DNA of 64,000 bases from a virus (taxonomy: Duplodnaviria > Caudoviricetes), in IMG/VR virus record IMGVR_UViG_3300032285_003158, positions 1,755-65,754 of that record. The stretch is one strand, 5' to 3'. The notes beneath the pieces were generated by a model. It was not told where the DNA came from. It saw only the letters and a list, made by a program, of their open reading frames with translations, and did no database searches. A program made the position numbers and the translations under genes. This document shows positions 43,753 to 53,515 of this stretch, piece after piece. Every line of letters begins with the position of its first letter. Within the stretch, counting starts at the first letter, position 1.

Positions 43753-44301
43753 TTATGGTTTTAGTGAATACTCGCCGTAATTGAATGCAGCAGGGTCATT
43801 GAATTGTCCGCGCTGATAATATGCATTGTCTTTGCGTAATTCCATAATGATGGTATAGCTCGCATTTGCAATCTGACCTCTAGAACAAATGCTAATGTCT
43901 CCATTTGTATTGGCATCAATACTGGGGTTTTTAATTGTGATCCAATTTCCATTGCCGTCATATTCACCATTACCCTGCATAAACATTATTGGAACACCAG
44001 AATTAGCTAATGCACCGGCTTGATTATTTGCTCTCCAGTATAATTGGATATCACCTGTAGCGGTATCACTATCATACCATACACGATGAATAGTCAAACC
44101 GTAATATGGTTTTGCAGTATTACTAACACTCAAAGCAGAACGCAAAGGAACATTATTTGCATCAAGCGCGCCGTAAAAAGTGTTCGCACGAATTCTAGCA
44201 ATATTTTCTTCTTGACCTGAACCATCAAAGGCACCGGTCAATTTGATAATCGCATGTTGCGTATCATCTTTTAATATTTGATATGAAAATAAATTTGCCA
44301 T
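43753..44301 (-). CDS. hypothetical virion-associated protein
   Basis: 182-aa ORF in the head operon. Confidence 0.6.
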   Translation of the reverse strand: MANLFSYQILKDDTQHAIIKLTGAFDGSGQEENIARIRANTFYGALDANNVPLRSALSVSNTAKPYYGLTIHRVWYDSDTATGDIQLYWRANNQAGALANSGVPIMFMQGNGEYDGNGNWITIKNPSIDANTNGDISICSRGQIANASYTIIMELRKDNAYYQRGQFNDPAAFNYGEYSLKP

Positions 44302-44314
44302 GTTTTATCCTGAT

Positions 44315-44662
44315 TTATTTCGAATCTTTAGTAGGTTCGTCCTTAGGTGGCTTTCTAGAGTAAACTGTACCCGTAGAAACCTTTTTAGAAGTGAAACCTG
44401 CCTTCTCACCTGGTTTGGTTGGAACCTGACTCTTGTAGTCTTTATCAAAAGGACTACCAGATTCTTCCAATTCTTCATCCTCATCCCCATATTCATACTC
44501 AACTTCTTCTTCTTGTTGAGTAATTAGCGATTGTGCAATTTCAGCACGTTTAGCATCAATGTGTGCGGTGACCTTATCATGAATAGCCGAATATAACGCA
44601 TCGCGGAATTCCGAGCCATTCTCTTCGTATGCAAAGTCGATAAGTCTTCTTGTATCAGACAT
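44315..44662 (-). CDS. small acidic prohead core protein (gp67-like by position)
   Basis: follows the portal; TATAAATA at 44694-44701; Glu-rich. Confidence 0.55.
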   Translation of the reverse strand: MSDTRRLIDFAYEENGSEFRDALYSAIHDKVTAHIDAKRAEIAQSLITQQEEEVEYEYGDEDEELEESGSPFDKDYKSQVPTKPGEKAGFTSKKVSTGTVYSRKPPKDEPTKDSK

Positions 44663-44696
44663 GTTTTTTCTCCAAATAGTCTATTGATTATTATAT

Positions 44697-46331
44697 TTAT
44701 AAAATTCTTTTTATCTTGCTGAAGATTGGCTCTTCTTCTTCTTTTTGTGGTGTGGCATCAGGTGCAGGAGCATCAGCAGCGGCCATGTTCATCATCTGTT
44801 GTTGTGCAATACTTGTTGTCACACTAACTGGAACTCCAAGGCCTTCTTCTTTTTCTTTATCAATTTCCTTTTGCATTTCTGCAATTTCATCATCAGTTAA
44901 ACGCAGCACATTTCTTTGGATCCAAACTTGCGAGAAGTATCTACCGGTATAGTTATCAACTTGATCCAACAAGCTTAATCTTTCCTTCATCAACTCAGCT
45001 TCTTTGAGTTCGGTGATGTTATTGTCTTTTATGAAGTCGTAATGAATATATTCTTTGAATTCTGCCCACTCCTCAGCGGTACAGATACCTTTCAGTACAC
45101 ATTGTACACGCATTGCTTGGTCGAACAAATCAGAAAACTTATTACGCATTCTGTCAACAAACTTAGAGAACTTTAATTCATCCCTAGTAATTTCCGATGC
45201 ACGACCAAATGAGAAACCGGAACTGTTTGGATCAATACGCGAAACAGGAACATTCAATGCTTTATAAAGTTTCTTTTCGAAATATTTAACGTCCTCAAGT
45301 TCACCAAGATTCTGTCCGCCTGGCAATGTAGTAATCTCTGTGCCCTTACCACCTTCTCTACGTGGGAGCCAGAAGTCTTCCATCATGGACATAAACTTAC
45401 GATCATCACGTACTTCACCGGTGTTTGCATCATACACAAGTTTATTTTTGTACTTGACCATGATATCACGGAGATACTGTTCAGCCTTTAACTTAGGCAG
45501 ATTACCAACGTCGATATAAAAAATTCTACGCTCAGGTGCCCTAGAAATACGATAGATGACAGTAGCATCTTCAATCATACGCAACTGATTAAGCGGCTTG
45601 ATTGCTTTGTGTAGGTATGAAAGCACTACAGCACGGCGTGAGTCCATCAAACCAGAAACTACAGAAATAATAGAGTCTGTAGTAATGCGAACACCAACTG
45701 GACCGAAACTGGAAGAAGAACTGGAAATAACCTTGTCATTATAAATGTAATACTCATTTACAAGGTCCATGACCTCGACACCAGTACGTTCATCTTTTTG
45801 CTTCTTGACTTCACGAACCTTACGCAATTTTCTAGGATCAATATAGCGAAGTTCTTTAACACCAGACATTGGATTTTCGCGGTCAATAATGATATGATAG
45901 TACATTCTACCATCGATATAATATCTACGGAAAATATCTTGTGCCATATTCTTATAATTCAAAAGGCGTAAGACATTTTGAAACTCTGTCTTGATCGCCT
46001 TTTTAATTTTTTCTGGCTGTTGCAGATCATCCAAAACAATTTTGATAATCTTACCATCATCATCTTGACATATAGCCTCATTAACGATATCATCAATAGC
46101 GGATTCGATTTCTGGCTGCATAGCCATTTCGCGGTAACGAGAAATTAATTCTACGTCATTCTTTGCAGTACCGTCTAAGTCAACATATGTACCATAATAT
46201 GCGGCAGACGTAATAGTTAATGCGCCGTCATCATTAGACGGTGGCGTAAACGATTGTTGCACGGAATTGTCTTCTTCAGACTTTTCCCGCGCAATCGTAA
46301 AACCAAATAGAGAGAATTTATTTGCTGCCAT
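44697..46331 (-). CDS. gp20: portal protein gp20
   Basis: YLHKAIKPLNQLRMIEDATVIYRISRAPERRIFYIDVGNLPK, EDFWLPRREGGKGTEITTLPGG. Confidence 0.98.
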   Translation of the reverse strand: MAANKFSLFGFTIAREKSEEDNSVQQSFTPPSNDDGALTITSAAYYGTYVDLDGTAKNDVELISRYREMAMQPEIESAIDDIVNEAICQDDDGKIIKIVLDDLQQPEKIKKAIKTEFQNVLRLLNYKNMAQDIFRRYYIDGRMYYHIIIDRENPMSGVKELRYIDPRKLRKVREVKKQKDERTGVEVMDLVNEYYIYNDKVISSSSSSFGPVGVRITTDSIISVVSGLMDSRRAVVLSYLHKAIKPLNQLRMIEDATVIYRISRAPERRIFYIDVGNLPKLKAEQYLRDIMVKYKNKLVYDANTGEVRDDRKFMSMMEDFWLPRREGGKGTEITTLPGGQNLGELEDVKYFEKKLYKALNVPVSRIDPNSSGFSFGRASEITRDELKFSKFVDRMRNKFSDLFDQAMRVQCVLKGICTAEEWAEFKEYIHYDFIKDNNITELKEAELMKERLSLLDQVDNYTGRYFSQVWIQRNVLRLTDDEIAEMQKEIDKEKEEGLGVPVSVTTSIAQQQMMNMAAADAPAPDATPQKEEEEPIFSKIKRIL

Positions 46332-46427
46332 TGTTACCTTTTCATTTCAAAAAAACATTCCTGATCAGTAAATTTTTGCACAATATCTAAGAATAAATGT
46401 TTAAAATTTACCAATCGGGAAATAATA

Positions 46428-46973
46428 TCAAGTTGTACTTTCGATGGCTTCCCACCATTGATAAGCAAATGTTACACCGTATTCTTCAATCGAATCATTG
46501 TCTTGCCAGTTCAAATCGATTGGTGCAATATCTGTCGGAAACAAACCAACAAACTTGTACGTCTTCAATGCATCACCAGTTTTACCATATTGTGTTACAG
46601 TAGCATCAACAGTATATCCTGCTGGAGATTTTGCGCCACCATTACGTAGATTGCCTGCGTGACTATTTATTGCGTTCATCCACGACTCTAAAGAATTTCG
46701 GATTAGGAAATCTTCATCGTTAATGATCGTTGGTGTCCAATCAGCAAAAGTTCTGTTGCCTGCGAATTTCAGTTCACGACCAAAATAGAAAACAGGAACA
46801 GATGCAATTGTGGAGCCAGGCAGTTGAGCACCCTTTACCATGAAGGTTGCTTTCTGTCCCGCAGCAACACCATTTTCTGCAATTGTTGGGAAAGTTAAAG
46901 ATACAGAGAATAGATTGGGACGAGCACCGTCCCCAATCATATTTGCTCTAAATTCTGCTACATTGAAACTCAT
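46428..46973 (-). CDS. gp19: tail tube protein gp19
   Basis: GARPNLF, GRELKFAGNRTFADW..TIINDEDF. Confidence 0.95.
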   Translation of the reverse strand: MSFNVAEFRANMIGDGARPNLFSVSLTFPTIAENGVAAGQKATFMVKGAQLPGSTIASVPVFYFGRELKFAGNRTFADWTPTIINDEDFLIRNSLESWMNAINSHAGNLRNGGAKSPAGYTVDATVTQYGKTGDALKTYKFVGLFPTDIAPIDLNWQDNDSIEEYGVTFAYQWWEAIESTT

Positions 46974-47001
46974 TTTTATCTCCTTATCGTTGTTTTATTT
47001 A

Positions 47002-48690
47002 TTAGAATTTACCAACGACTTCAGTGAAATCTACACCAGTTCTAACTGCAACAAAATTCAGTTGGATGAAGTTAATTGCTCTTGCTGGCTTGACATAAAT
47101 GTCACCAACAAACTGATTAGAATCGATAACTTGTGAAGTGTTATTTGTGGTATCACATACAACACGGAAGTCATAGATGCCACGGCGACCCTGAATGTCT
47201 CTTAGGAATGGAGTTACTAATGCAACAAACTGTGCGCGAGTAAACTCATCATTAAATTCAAACATCGAGAATTTCGAAGCTTGTGCAATTGCCTTTTCTA
47301 AGACAATAAACAATCTACGGACGTTAATTCTGTCAAATGCCGAAGGCTTGTTGAGAAGCGTTTTGTCACCAAATAGCACAGTTCCTTGACCGGGAAATGT
47401 CGCAACAGGATTGATACCTAGAGTATAAAGACTGTCTCTATCCGTCTTGTTTGGATTCCACGCAAGTTTGACAACATTCTTCAGATTACCACGGTTGTAA
47501 CCTGCTGGTGAATACCATGGATCACGTACAGAATCGGTGTAAACACAAAGACCAGCAATATCACCATTCAATGGAACCCAACGATATACGTTGTTGTACT
47601 TATCGAACATGTACTTCCAGCCAGAATCAGCAACAGCATATGATGTTGTACGATTAAGTGCAGTATTCCATGCGGTAATGTTGGTAACTTCACTACCTGA
47701 TTGGTTTACAACGTTAGCTGACGGAGGCGAAACAAATGTGATACAATCTTTGCGAGATGAAGAAATATCAATCGCAGTTTGTTGTACGGCTACTGCAGCA
47801 TCACCAGCGATAAGCAATGAAACATCAACTTCATCGGCATTCAAGAATAAATTAAATGCGGTTTGAAAGTTAGCTGCACTTGGTGTAGAATCTGCACCAT
47901 TAGCCAATTGAAGTGAAACAGCAGATGCAATAGTTACATAAGTAGTTGCAGCTAATGGAAGACCCCATGTTGCATTAGTTGTTGCATACGACACTGGACC
48001 CATAGCATAAACATATTTTGAATTATTAAAGATATAATTTTTATAGTAGTTGGAATTTCCTAAAGAGTCATCAGAATCCGAACCTTTAGAAAGGAACTGA
48101 AATACTTCCAAAACTGTGCCTTTAGTTCCGGTGAATAAACCACCAGCATCAATAACAATAACATGCAGTTCATCATTTGACGCACCCGCAGCGGCACCTT
48201 GAGCAGAAGTTCCTGGAGCACCAGAGAAATAATTTTTGTATGTCCAAGCGGAATAAGATGCAGAGTCTGCAACAGATACGAGCAACGAATTACCTAATAC
48301 ACCAGGATATCTAGCAACAAATGCACCATAAGTATCAGCATTATCCGTGCGTAGATATGTTGCTTCGAATACATCCGGATTGGTAATTTGCAAGTTTGTG
48401 CCCGATCCGCACTCAGCATTATATGTAGCCGCACCAACTGCACGAACAACTTTAAGATTATTGCCATATGCCAAGAAAGAGGCAGCAGTAAAATAAGATG
48501 TATAGTTATTGTTATCTGGATTACCAAATCTTTTGTTCAAATCAGATTCACTTGAAACCGTAATTCTTTTGAATGCTGGACCCCATGCAAAACGTCCTGC
48601 AAATGCACCGGCTGTAGTAAGTACCGAAGGAACAACTGTTGTTAAGTCAACTTCAGATACTGTTACGCCTGGAGAGATTGAAAATGCCAT
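47002..48690 (-). CDS. gp18: tail sheath protein gp18
   Basis: SPGVTVSEVDLT, WYSPAGYNRG, SAFDRINVRRLF, FEFNDEFTR. Confidence 0.97.
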   Translation of the reverse strand: MAFSISPGVTVSEVDLTTVVPSVLTTAGAFAGRFAWGPAFKRITVSSESDLNKRFGNPDNNNYTSYFTAASFLAYGNNLKVVRAVGAATYNAECGSGTNLQITNPDVFEATYLRTDNADTYGAFVARYPGVLGNSLLVSVADSASYSAWTYKNYFSGAPGTSAQGAAAGASNDELHVIVIDAGGLFTGTKGTVLEVFQFLSKGSDSDDSLGNSNYYKNYIFNNSKYVYAMGPVSYATTNATWGLPLAATTYVTIASAVSLQLANGADSTPSAANFQTAFNLFLNADEVDVSLLIAGDAAVAVQQTAIDISSSRKDCITFVSPPSANVVNQSGSEVTNITAWNTALNRTTSYAVADSGWKYMFDKYNNVYRWVPLNGDIAGLCVYTDSVRDPWYSPAGYNRGNLKNVVKLAWNPNKTDRDSLYTLGINPVATFPGQGTVLFGDKTLLNKPSAFDRINVRRLFIVLEKAIAQASKFSMFEFNDEFTRAQFVALVTPFLRDIQGRRGIYDFRVVCDTTNNTSQVIDSNQFVGDIYVKPARAINFIQLNFVAVRTGVDFTEVVGKF

Positions 48691-48762
48691 ATTATTTTCT
48701 CCTTGATATTTTATGTTATAGTGGCAATATTATACCGTACTAATATTTATGTAAGACTACTT

Positions 48763-49962
48763 TTATAGATTACGCATCATATCCCGAATAAAACTTGAAT
48801 AAGTTTGTCCGGAATCTGCAGATTCCCATACATCACCATCCATAACCTCAAAACTATGTTCCAACCCATCTTCAATAATTGGTGCAGGCAGCGTTTCTTC
48901 ATCAACTTGATTCATATTTTCAAGTTGAATCTGTTTACGTATATCGTGACTAACAATTTCCTTAAAGTATTTTTGTGTTGCTACCCATGCGAAAAGAACT
49001 AAAGTCATCACTAAGTCATCATTTGCACCTTCTTCAGCAGCAAATGAAGTTTTATTTGCAACAAATGTGGCCAATTCCGCAATCGTATCAAAATCTTGTA
49101 TAATTAATTTGTTACCTTCAATCAAAGTCTTCAGATTGGAACATCCGATTCTTTTGACAGCAGGTGACATTTTAACACCTAACTGAACACCTCTGCCGAA
49201 TCCCGCAGATAATTGTTGTGGTTTCTTGTTACCGGTAAATATCTTGAATAGGTTATCATATTCCAAATCTTGGTGTAAGATATCTGCAACCTGTGGATTA
49301 TTATTTATCTCTACTAGAATGTACGCATCATTATAGAACTTTGCTGCGTTGTAGATGACTGTCGGAAACAAAATAGGAGAAATCGAAGAACTCTTATATG
49401 TTGCGACTTGTTTATACGGTGTTGTTGAAATATCAAACACGGAGAACGCAGAAGCATCCATGTTTCTACCTTCAGACACATCAACCATCAAACAATACAA
49501 ATGATCCTTTTTGAGGTCGTCATCACCTTTAATAGGATGATCATATATCTTCATCATATCATGTTCAACAACAACTTCTTTATATACAAGTTGTTGGAGT
49601 TTTGTGCCAGTGATTAGAGTATTGGTTGAACCTAAGAACTCGGTGTTATGCGATACAACTCCATTGGAGAGGTAAGTTTCATGCTTCTCCACTCCGACCG
49701 GATCATATACTTCATAGTCACCGGAAACATATTCAATGTTTGTAATTATTTTACCAGATAAAGTATCAGTTAATAATATATCTTGCGCTTTTTTGAAGCC
49801 GGCATTCGTTAAAAATGCATGGCCGCCTGAACATTTTATATCAGTATTGTCCGAAAATGTAAAGGTGTACAGTACATCTACAATCTTTTTTTGTACACCT
49901 CGAAAGTATTCATAACCTGTGGGTGTGTTAATTAAATACCGACCCCTATTCAACTTAAACAT
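48763..49962 (-). CDS. gp17: terminase large subunit C-part preceded by split-intein C-fragment
   Basis: IntC 106 aa (49962-49645) ending VVSHN, then C-extein TEFLGSTNTLI...VDVSEG...DDLVM nuclease domain. Confidence 0.9.
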   Translation of the reverse strand: MFKLNRGRYLINTPTGYEYFRGVQKKIVDVLYTFTFSDNTDIKCSGGHAFLTNAGFKKAQDILLTDTLSGKIITNIEYVSGDYEVYDPVGVEKHETYLSNGVVSHNTEFLGSTNTLITGTKLQQLVYKEVVVEHDMMKIYDHPIKGDDDLKKDHLYCLMVDVSEGRNMDASAFSVFDISTTPYKQVATYKSSSISPILFPTVIYNAAKFYNDAYILVEINNNPQVADILHQDLEYDNLFKIFTGNKKPQQLSAGFGRGVQLGVKMSPAVKRIGCSNLKTLIEGNKLIIQDFDTIAELATFVANKTSFAAEEGANDDLVMTLVLFAWVATQKYFKEIVSHDIRKQIQLENMNQVDEETLPAPIIEDGLEHSFEVMDGDVWESADSGQTYSSFIRDMMRNL

Positions 49963-50140
49963 TTTTAGATGTTCCTCTTAGTATCCGAAATATATATTGT
50001 TCGGTCACATTATATTTTTTGGAGTATTCCACACAAAAGGCCCGTTCATAAGTAAACATTTTACCATTTCGTTTTATCTTACCGATATCAGGATTAATTA
50101 TCTCAATTTTTTGTTGAAAATCCAAAGAATTCAATATCAA
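49955..50140 (-). pseudogene. homing endonuclease remnant between the split terminase halves
   Basis: 61 aa, HTH-like YSKKYNVTEQYIFRIL; overlaps both flanking ORFs. Confidence 0.45.
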
Positions 50141-51021
50141 ACTAAATCATACAAATCTCTAATCTTCATTTTTGATGTCATTCCTGTTTCATTATCAAAA
50201 ATTTCAACAAGGGTATCTCCATCCAAACATTCAAACTCCTGTCTGAATTGATGTTCGGAAGTATTCTTGATCGTTTCTTCTTTCCAGATTTCATCTCTAC
50301 CTGGAACCATTGACCAGTGGATTTCAAACGGCACATAATTGTTTCGTTTGTTTATGGCATCAGTCCAAATCTTGTAGAACAGATTCATGCCGTTGGGAGT
50401 AGAAACAATAATGATCTTCGTTTTGGTACCAGCAGTAATAACTGGATAAACTGAAGTAAAGAAGTCTGTAGCAATGTTTGATGGAACGAAAGCAAATTCG
50501 TCCAAGAATACAATGTTGAATGAACCAGATCGAGCAGCAGAAGATGATGTGGATGATGCTACAAGTTTAGATCCGTTTTCCAGCTCAACAAAACCCTTGT
50601 TCCAAGTGACAACACCTTGTTGGAGCCACATAGGTAAATTTTCATATGCAAGTTGATACTTACCTAGAATATCCCGTGAGGTTTGTCCGCGGTTTGCCAA
50701 GATAGCAATGTTCTGAGAGTCTTGAAACAATGAAGCCCAAAGAAGATATGCAACTGTTGTTGTTGTCTTACCAACCTGACGAGGACATTTTGTGATAACA
50801 AATCTATTCTTATGAAAGATTCGAATCATGTCCTCCTGGAAATCATACATCTTGAAAGGAACAAGACCATCATCTAGTGTGATAATCTTTACATACTTGG
50901 CAAAGTATATTGGATCTTGAGCGCACTTTACATACTCATCGATCTGTTCTTGTGTATACTGTACATCAACACCAACACGTTTGAGTAAATTATTGTCACG
51001 GTACGTGTCTTTACTACTCAT
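50137..51021 (-). CDS. gp17: terminase large subunit N-part (ATPase) with 30-aa split-intein N-fragment
   Basis: PRQVGKTT, FLDEFAF, STPNG; ...FRQEFE|CLDGDTLVEIFDNETGMTSKMKIRDLYDLV*. Confidence 0.92.
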   Translation of the reverse strand: MSSKDTYRDNNLLKRVGVDVQYTQEQIDEYVKCAQDPIYFAKYVKIITLDDGLVPFKMYDFQEDMIRIFHKNRFVITKCPRQVGKTTTTVAYLLWASLFQDSQNIAILANRGQTSRDILGKYQLAYENLPMWLQQGVVTWNKGFVELENGSKLVASSTSSSAARSGSFNIVFLDEFAFVPSNIATDFFTSVYPVITAGTKTKIIIVSTPNGMNLFYKIWTDAINKRNNYVPFEIHWSMVPGRDEIWKEETIKNTSEHQFRQEFECLDGDTLVEIFDNETGMTSKMKIRDLYDLV

Positions 51022-51431
51022 TCTTTACCTTTTAGCAATTTACTTAATTCTGCGGTGCTACCCACAAAAATTGCTTTGTCAATATTCGTATTGTTTGTTT
51101 CTTTTTTACCGTTCATGTCACGCATTTGTTTTTGCAAACTGATCAATTCTTTATTTGCATCGACTACGTTCTTTAATAGTGTGCCATACACTTCGAATGC
51201 TCTTGGATGTTCAGAGGCCTTAGCAATGTGGAGTATTTCTTCCATTGCATCTTTACCTTGATCAATAATGTCCTGTAGATTTTCTTTTGATTGATTGTAT
51301 GCATCAGTCAAATCTTGATCCAAATCCACCACATCTGATGGTGGTTTTGGTATCACAACAGGTAATTTTTCCGTTTTTACAACCGGAGTCACATCGAATA
51401 GTTCTGCCATATTTTTCTCAAAGTCGCTCAT
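51018..51431 (-). CDS. gp16: terminase small subunit gp16
   Basis: SEHPRAFEV, AIFVGSTAELSKLLK. Confidence 0.9.
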   Translation of the reverse strand: MSDFEKNMAELFDVTPVVKTEKLPVVIPKPPSDVVDLDQDLTDAYNQSKENLQDIIDQGKDAMEEILHIAKASEHPRAFEVYGTLLKNVVDANKELISLQKQMRDMNGKKETNNTNIDKAIFVGSTAELSKLLKGKE

Positions 51432-51444
51432 AAGTGATTAATAA

Positions 51445-52431
51445 TTATATATTAGGATATTCAGTAATGGTTGTGGTATATGTATATGCACTATTTGGTG
51501 TGGCATTTGTTGGATTAGGAACAATATTCACTTTTGCTAGTTGTAATGGAACAACGGCATAAGAAGTAAAGGTATATTTTGCATTACTCTGTGCGCCGTA
51601 GATTGGCATACTTGAAACAAAATTACCTTGTATTTCAGTAACATGTAACACATTATTTGAATAATACAAAACCTTTGCTGTGGCCGTTGCTGTTGCTAAA
51701 GAATATCCTTGATAAACAATTTCACCTTCTGTATATGTTCCAGTGCCGGTTGCATTCATATTAAATGCAACGTTATCATGTTCCGACACACCACTCAATA
51801 TATTTGTAATCGAATTTCTGATTATGTTTACAGGAGATGTTGCACCAAAAATGAAACCTTTTACGGTAAAATTTAAAGTCCAAATAACAATTCTAGGATC
51901 AGAATCTCTGTTACCCTCATCTTGAACAGAATAATCGATATTATTTAAAATGATAGGAACTTCTTTAACAACACCCATCTCAGGAATAAGATTTAACTTA
52001 ATTGTATAATCTGGTGTGAAAAAAGGAAGTATATGTTCTATAACTTGATTACCATCTTCAATATTTCGTACATAAAGGTACAATGAAAAATCAAAATCGT
52101 ATGGTACAGGATTGTATTGTGAAATTACTCCACCCGATGTTGTACTAGCAAAACTTTTTTGATTCGTATTCAGTTTGCGAGAAGTATCATATGTTATACC
52201 ATTCAAAATATATGACAATCTAGGCAATGTCATCTGAACTTTTTTATCAAGATCAGGATCGCCTTGCAAACGCATTACATACATTTCTTTTGATGCATAT
52301 GCAATTGGGACTAAGAATCTTTCTTGTTCCGTCAAGTCTTCATTGTACCGAACTAAGGTGATGTTATTAAACAGATCACCAAATGCTACGGTAAGTTTTC
52401 GTATAATTCTATTATATGTGGGAGTTGACAT
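51445..52431 (-). CDS. gp15: tail sheath stabiliser/terminator gp15
   Basis: AFGDLFNNI, VPIAYA, LPRLS, PVPYDFDF, EHILPFFTP. Confidence 0.9.
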   Translation of the reverse strand: MSTPTYNRIIRKLTVAFGDLFNNITLVRYNEDLTEQERFLVPIAYASKEMYVMRLQGDPDLDKKVQMTLPRLSYILNGITYDTSRKLNTNQKSFASTTSGGVISQYNPVPYDFDFSLYLYVRNIEDGNQVIEHILPFFTPDYTIKLNLIPEMGVVKEVPIILNNIDYSVQDEGNRDSDPRIVIWTLNFTVKGFIFGATSPVNIIRNSITNILSGVSEHDNVAFNMNATGTGTYTEGEIVYQGYSLATATATAKVLYYSNNVLHVTEIQGNFVSSMPIYGAQSNAKYTFTSYAVVPLQLAKVNIVPNPTNATPNSAYTYTTTITEYPNI

Positions 52432-53312
52432 CAAATTCTACCAAAAGGATTAGACTCTGTTGTGTTCACAATTGAGGAACCTTGAGTTTCAATATAACTA
52501 TTATCATAATTTTCATGCGTAGATGGAGCGTTCATCAGATCAAACGTGGCCAATGTATAACTTGCACCGCTTGTTTCACCCCTGACAACAGAACCGTCTG
52601 CAAATTCACCAAGAATATTCGTAACAGAAAGAACCTTACTTACTGAATTCCATGAAGATACGGTTGCAGATGTTGTAGCATTTGCCGAAGTACCGTCAGG
52701 TGACTGGAACACAAGTTCTTTATCCAAATATGTTCCAGTTCCTGTACCCAAATCTAGGTGTATTGTATATGCAGACTGTGTAACAACATCATCAATTTCT
52801 GTCATACCAGTTTCGATAACTTCTTGTGAGTACTTGAATTTCTCCATTTCCAGTTCATAGAAATAAGGAACTTTTCTACCCAACATAAAGAAATCTTTAG
52901 TTTGGTTTGTAAATTTAATCTCGTATATTTCACCGGTTCCATTCAAGAAAGGAATATAAACAAGATCACCTTCACGCGGCCTAGTGAATGTATTTTGTGG
53001 AACTCTTTGAGAGAAAGAACGTTTCGAAACAATAACGCTAACATTATTTTTAATTTCAAGACCAAACTTAGAAAAGAATTCTTTCTCTCCCATATATTCA
53101 GTAGAATTCGATAGATACATTTCTAATGGAAATGCAGTCTTAAATTTACGAAGCGGATCTTCACCAAACAGTAAGTCTCTAGCCTCACCATTATTATTAG
53201 GCAAATAATACGCATCAAAACCCATGATCTTGATAGACTCAACGATCAGGTCTTCGATAACTCTTTGTTCGGAATGCGCTCCGTAATTATTAAAATATTG
53301 GCTGGTCGCAAT
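52431..53312 (-). CDS. gp14: neck protein gp14 (probable ATT start)
   Basis: in-frame upstream extension (I)ATSQYFNNY...EDLIVESIKIMG; FFSKFGLEI, RPREGDLVY. Confidence 0.85.
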   Translation of the reverse strand: MATSQYFNNYGAHSEQRVIEDLIVESIKIMGFDAYYLPNNNGEARDLLFGEDPLRKFKTAFPLEMYLSNSTEYMGEKEFFSKFGLEIKNNVSVIVSKRSFSQRVPQNTFTRPREGDLVYIPFLNGTGEIYEIKFTNQTKDFFMLGRKVPYFYELEMEKFKYSQEVIETGMTEIDDVVTQSAYTIHLDLGTGTGTYLDKELVFQSPDGTSANATTSATVSSWNSVSKVLSVTNILGEFADGSVVRGETSGASYTLATFDLMNAPSTHENYDNSYIETQGSSIVNTTESNPFGRI

Positions 53313-53313
53313 T

Positions 53314-53514
53314 TTAGGTTCCTACCTTTCTTCTTTCATCCCACCACAGTTTCATTCTTTCTGAATGGGCTTTTTGTCGTATCGGATCATTTTTGTATTT
53401 TTCCCACAATAAGCGATGAGCTTCTGCATGTTCCGAAACAGTAAGTTCCACCAAATTGGACGGATCATTTGTTCCACCCATGTGCTTAGGTATAATGTGA
53501 TGTTTATGTCTCAT
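53314..53514 (-). CDS. miniature or truncated HNH endonuclease
   Basis: HKHHIIPKHMGGTNDPSNLVELTVSEHAEAHRLL, similar to the 15200 HNH; only 66 aa. Confidence 0.65.
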   Translation of the reverse strand: MRHKHHIIPKHMGGTNDPSNLVELTVSEHAEAHRLLWEKYKNDPIRQKAHSERMKLWWDERRKVGT

Positions 53515-53515
53515 T

